Below are positions 34,644 to 38,181 of a DNA stretch of 38,181 nt, piece by piece. The notes under the pieces are model-generated. The model saw only the letters and a list, made by a program, of their open reading frames with translations, did no database searches and had not been told where the DNA came from. The stretch lies in the UHGV virus genome UHGV-0208715. One strand, 5' to 3'. The position numbers and the translations under genes were made by a program. The stretch comes from a virus. Numbering within the stretch: the first letter of the stretch is position 1; each line of letters starts with the position of its first letter.

Positions 34644-35348
34644 ATGTTCATGGATGCTGATACACCGAATTTTATATTCAAAGGAATCAACGCAGTTATG
34701 GATATGGATTGTATTATCGAAACTGAACTTCCTGAGATCTCTCCAAACAAACGCTATGAAGAAATCACTGTGTTAGGACGAAGCGGATCGTTGCACGAAA
34801 CATTTGATGATTACGAACCGTATAACCTAGAAGTTGAATCAATCACAGTTCCTTATGATCGGTTACGTGAAGTAAAGCAATGGTTACGAGGTCGTGGGCA
34901 ATTAATTACTCATAATGATTACAATACCTATCGAGACGTTATTTGCATGATGGATTCCCCTACTGAGTTTGAAAACGAGTGGGGTTTTTTCTATACCTTC
35001 GATTTAACTTTTCGATGTCAACCTTTTAAGCGGAAAGTGAATGAGCAGTCATTGCCATTCGCTACTTCGCTGGTCTTTCACGACCCCGGAGACGAAACTG
35101 CAAAACCTTACCTTGAATTGAAACCGACAGGCGGCAACGTCAAACTTACGATCAACAGTACTGCGTTGACGATTACGAACAGCAGTACCGAAGTAATCAA
35201 AGTCGATTGCGAACACGGAAAAATTATTCAAGGTTCGAAAACACTATTTAGCAAAGGAGAATGGCCGTTGGTTCGTCCGGGAGAAAACAAACTGACTACC
35301 ACAGGTGTTTCTAGCGGCACAATTTTAAGAAGGAGCGTGTATTTGTGA
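34644..35348 (+). CDS. Distal tail protein (Dit)
   Basis: 234 aa directly after the TMP. GGAGG RBS. Confidence 0.65.
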   Translation: MFMDADTPNFIFKGINAVMDMDCIIETELPEISPNKRYEEITVLGRSGSLHETFDDYEPYNLEVESITVPYDRLREVKQWLRGRGQLITHNDYNTYRDVICMMDSPTEFENEWGFFYTFDLTFRCQPFKRKVNEQSLPFATSLVFHDPGDETAKPYLELKPTGGNVKLTINSTALTITNSSTEVIKVDCEHGKIIQGSKTLFSKGEWPLVRPGENKLTTTGVSSGTILRRSVYL

Positions 35349-38158
35349 GTTTAGTTTATGTTTATGAAGAAATGCCAGCGGACTTAGAAACGAACGGTCA
35401 CGCTTTGATTGATTGGGCTGATTTACCTGAAATCAATCGTATTCTAAATGGTGACTATACTTTTTATGGCAACTATTCATTAGATGGTCAAAATGTAGAA
35501 TATCTCAAAGAAGATAACTTCATTCGTGCAGAAGATGAAGATGGCAAGATGAAATACTTTGAGATAAAAAAAGTAACGAAAAATCTCAATTCTTTCTCTG
35601 TTACCGGACGAGCGATCGGTTATATGTTGAGTCGGAATTTCATTGAGAGTAGTTTCACTCAAAATGGTACTGGATCAATTATCATGAGTAGATTAAAGGC
35701 TGCCTTAGCATTTGAGCAGCCTTTTTCATTTGAGTCAGATATTCAAACAGTCCACCAATTCACTGTCAAACAAACTAATCCAGTTGATGCGGTGATTGGT
35801 TCAAACAATGGTAACGAGAATCTAGCGAGTATCACTGCTGGCGAATTGGATATGGACAACTATCGTTTTAGATTGCTGTCTAGAATCGGTAAAGACAACG
35901 GCTATCGGGTTGATTTAGGAGTGAACCTAGAATCGATTGAAGAAGAGATAGACGGCAACTACTACAACAGCTTGTATTTAATCGGCGGAGTGCCAGAAGG
36001 CGATTACGATGAAGATAAAGAGCCAATCACGTACAAATATCTCGAATTAACTGGAGTAACCGATAAAAACCGCCGCATTGGTAAATACGAAAATTCAGAA
36101 CTCACCACGGTTGAAGAGTTAAAAAAATGGGGTCAAACAAAATTTGATGTCGATCGAGTACATGAGCCTTCAATCACTCATACGGTTTCTATGGTACAAC
36201 TTGAAAACACGATGGAATATGAAGACCTATACGATGATATTGCAAGATTACATTTCGGTGATACTTGCTACTGTAAAGTTGCAAAATTAGGTATTGAAGT
36301 AGCTGAACGAATGATTGAGTACACTTGGTACCCAACGCTTGGCAAATACAAGAGCGTGACTTTAGGTAATGATATCGAGTTCTACACCAATGCAACGGCA
36401 ACTGAGACGGCAAAGCTTCGTCAAAAGGTTGAAAGTCGCACTGAATTGATGGTCGAAGCCGTTCGAAATGCTTCTAGTTGGATCACTGGAACAAAAGGCG
36501 GATACGTTCGTATGCGACCTGAAAAGGCACCTAGCGAAATCTTAATTATGGATAAACCTTCTGTCGCTGATGCTCAAAAGGTTTGGCGATGGAACTTAGG
36601 CGGACTAGGGTACTCTAACAACGGCGTGAACGGTCCTTACGGTTTAGCAATGACTCAAGACGGAGCGATCGTGGCTGACTTTATCACTGCGGGCATTCTG
36701 TCAGGTATCCTCGTTCAAGGGGTTGCGTTGAAAACTTTGGATGATGAAGATTTCCAAGTAGTGATGGAAGGCGGAAAATTAACCTTTGAAAAACAAGTTG
36801 TATCAACTGGACTAGACGATGTTCATGGAGAAGAACTGGGGAGAATTACAGCTACGTATGGCGGTGGTCGAGTAATCAACGGATTTGCAGTAGTGCAAGA
36901 TCCTAGTTATATATTCTCAATCAACTCCGCAAGTAAAGACAACAAGAAATTATCTGCCCCGATTCTTCAAGTTCCTGAAGAAAGCACAGCGGATAATCGA
37001 CTGTACAATTTCTATGGAAAAGGAACTTTTGGTGAAGGACAGATCACTTTCAAAGATAATGTTGTCTTTGAAGGTGATGTTGAATTTAAAAAAGGTGTAA
37101 AGATTGCGGGGCGTTTAGATGCTGGCAGTATTTATTCTGGAGGGCAACAAGTCTATCCAGGAGGTTCTGGTGGTGGAGTTGGACCAGATGGCTCTACTTA
37201 TGAACCAATCAATATAGGAAGCAACATTACAGGAAACCCTAACATTGTTGCTTGGCTTGACAAATATACAAAGTTATATGGTATCTCCGATTATATTGGC
37301 TTAGCTTACGCATTAATTATGGTTGAAAACCCAAGCACTGATGGAACAGATGATATCATGCAGTCTTCTGAATCGGCTGGTTATCCAGGACCAGGCTATT
37401 TAACTGGAGAAGCTTCGGTTAAACAAGGGTGTAAACATCTGGCAGAACAGATTAAAAATGGTCAAACTCAAAATGTTGATATTTGGGGAGTCATGCAAGG
37501 ATACAATTTCGGAAGTGCATATATTCCTTGGTTAGCAAATCGAGGAGGGAAGAATACTACTGATTTAGCAGAAGAATATTCAAGAGACGTAGTAGCACCT
37601 TCTTTAGGAAATACCACAGGGGCCACTTATCCATATGTTAATGCAGTTTCCCAAGCAGATGGACGAACCTATCTGTATGTTAACGGAGGAAACTTCCATT
37701 ATGCAGCGATGATTCGTCAATATGTAAAGGTGACAGAAAGCATGGGATATGTAGTACCTATCAGCAAACCAGTCACTGTGACAAGCGAGTTTGGCTATAG
37801 ACAGCATCCTATAACAGGGGCTTACGAATTACACAATGGGATTGATTTAGTTAATGGAAATCCAACCACCCCTATTTATGCTTCGGCAGCAGGAGAAGTC
37901 GTGATTGCTGGAAGTTATCCTGAATGGTACGGAAACTATGTCGTTATTAAGCATTCGGATGGACTTTACACAGGATATGCACATCAAAGTCAATTACGAG
38001 TTTCAGTTGGAGACACCGTAAAACAAGGGCAACAAATCGGAAACATGGGAACAACAGGGCCAAGCACAGGTCCGCATTTACACTTTCAGTTTTTTAAAAA
38101 TGGACCTTGGCCATCTCAAAATGACTTTATCAATCCAAGAGAATATATAAATTTCTAA
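35345..38158 (+). CDS. Tail-associated lysin (Tal / prophage tail endopeptidase) with C-terminal M23 peptidase domain
   Basis: 937 aa. N-terminal Sipho_tail-type region. C-terminal M23 motifs HNGIDL (HxxxD) and GPHLHFQF (HxH). Confidence 0.8.
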   Translation: MSLVYVYEEMPADLETNGHALIDWADLPEINRILNGDYTFYGNYSLDGQNVEYLKEDNFIRAEDEDGKMKYFEIKKVTKNLNSFSVTGRAIGYMLSRNFIESSFTQNGTGSIIMSRLKAALAFEQPFSFESDIQTVHQFTVKQTNPVDAVIGSNNGNENLASITAGELDMDNYRFRLLSRIGKDNGYRVDLGVNLESIEEEIDGNYYNSLYLIGGVPEGDYDEDKEPITYKYLELTGVTDKNRRIGKYENSELTTVEELKKWGQTKFDVDRVHEPSITHTVSMVQLENTMEYEDLYDDIARLHFGDTCYCKVAKLGIEVAERMIEYTWYPTLGKYKSVTLGNDIEFYTNATATETAKLRQKVESRTELMVEAVRNASSWITGTKGGYVRMRPEKAPSEILIMDKPSVADAQKVWRWNLGGLGYSNNGVNGPYGLAMTQDGAIVADFITAGILSGILVQGVALKTLDDEDFQVVMEGGKLTFEKQVVSTGLDDVHGEELGRITATYGGGRVINGFAVVQDPSYIFSINSASKDNKKLSAPILQVPEESTADNRLYNFYGKGTFGEGQITFKDNVVFEGDVEFKKGVKIAGRLDAGSIYSGGQQVYPGGSGGGVGPDGSTYEPINIGSNITGNPNIVAWLDKYTKLYGISDYIGLAYALIMVENPSTDGTDDIMQSSESAGYPGPGYLTGEASVKQGCKHLAEQIKNGQTQNVDIWGVMQGYNFGSAYIPWLANRGGKNTTDLAEEYSRDVVAPSLGNTTGATYPYVNAVSQADGRTYLYVNGGNFHYAAMIRQYVKVTESMGYVVPISKPVTVTSEFGYRQHPITGAYELHNGIDLVNGNPTTPIYASAAGEVVIAGSYPEWYGNYVVIKHSDGLYTGYAHQSQLRVSVGDTVKQGQQIGNMGTTGPSTGPHLHFQFFKNGPWPSQNDFINPREYINF

Positions 38159-38181
38159 AAAAATAAAGAGTTTTAAAGGAG

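Larger units (their letters stand above)
1..38181. mobile_element. Complete temperate siphovirus-like (pro)phage genome with lysogeny, replication, packaging, head, tail and lysis modules; gene order wraps from the window end to its start
   Basis: Canonical synteny: int, cI, cro, replication, HNH, terS, terL, portal, protease, MCP, tail, lysis. The AAAGGAG RBS at 38175-38181 precedes the TTG start at 10 by 9 nt. Confidence 0.85.

Overview
The window reads as one essentially complete temperate siphovirus-type (pro)phage genome of a low-GC Gram-positive host (Bacilli/Lactobacillales-like). It appears to be linearised arbitrarily inside the tail gene cluster. The gene order wraps around the window ends: a large serine-recombinase integrase (-), lipoprotein (-), CI-like repressor (-), then divergent operators/promoters and cro. 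An Sfi21-type replication module follows: Gp157-like, Sak4/AAA_24 ATPase, DEAD-box helicase, AP2-domain protein, DUF669-like protein, primase-polymerase/D5 helicase, an iteron-rich origin, VRR-NUC and SSB. Next come small accessory ORFs, an ArpU-like late regulator, HNH endonuclease, TerS/TerL, HK97-type portal, ClpP protease and capsid. After these are connectors, major tail protein, chaperone, tape measure, Dit and a Tal with an M23 peptidase, then (continuing from coordinate 10) a pectate-lyase-fold tail fibre, membrane proteins, holin and an Amidase_3 endolysin. The most unusual feature is an ~800-nt ORF-free, GC-enriched, hairpin-dense region (21957-22762) that ends in an intrinsic terminator. 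It looks like a large ornate structured ncRNA of the ROOL/GOLLD class and sits next to an HTH-metallophosphoesterase fusion gene. Other signals include two candidate -1 programmed frameshifts (capsid 3' end and tail assembly chaperone), a duplicated gene pair flanking ssb that shares an exact 46-nt repeat, and two proteins with SSB-type acidic tails. There are also a clear repressor/cro switch, a candidate attP inverted repeat and a lipoprotein positioned like a superinfection-exclusion gene. All functional calls rest on motif recognition and synteny read from the sequence; no database search was run.
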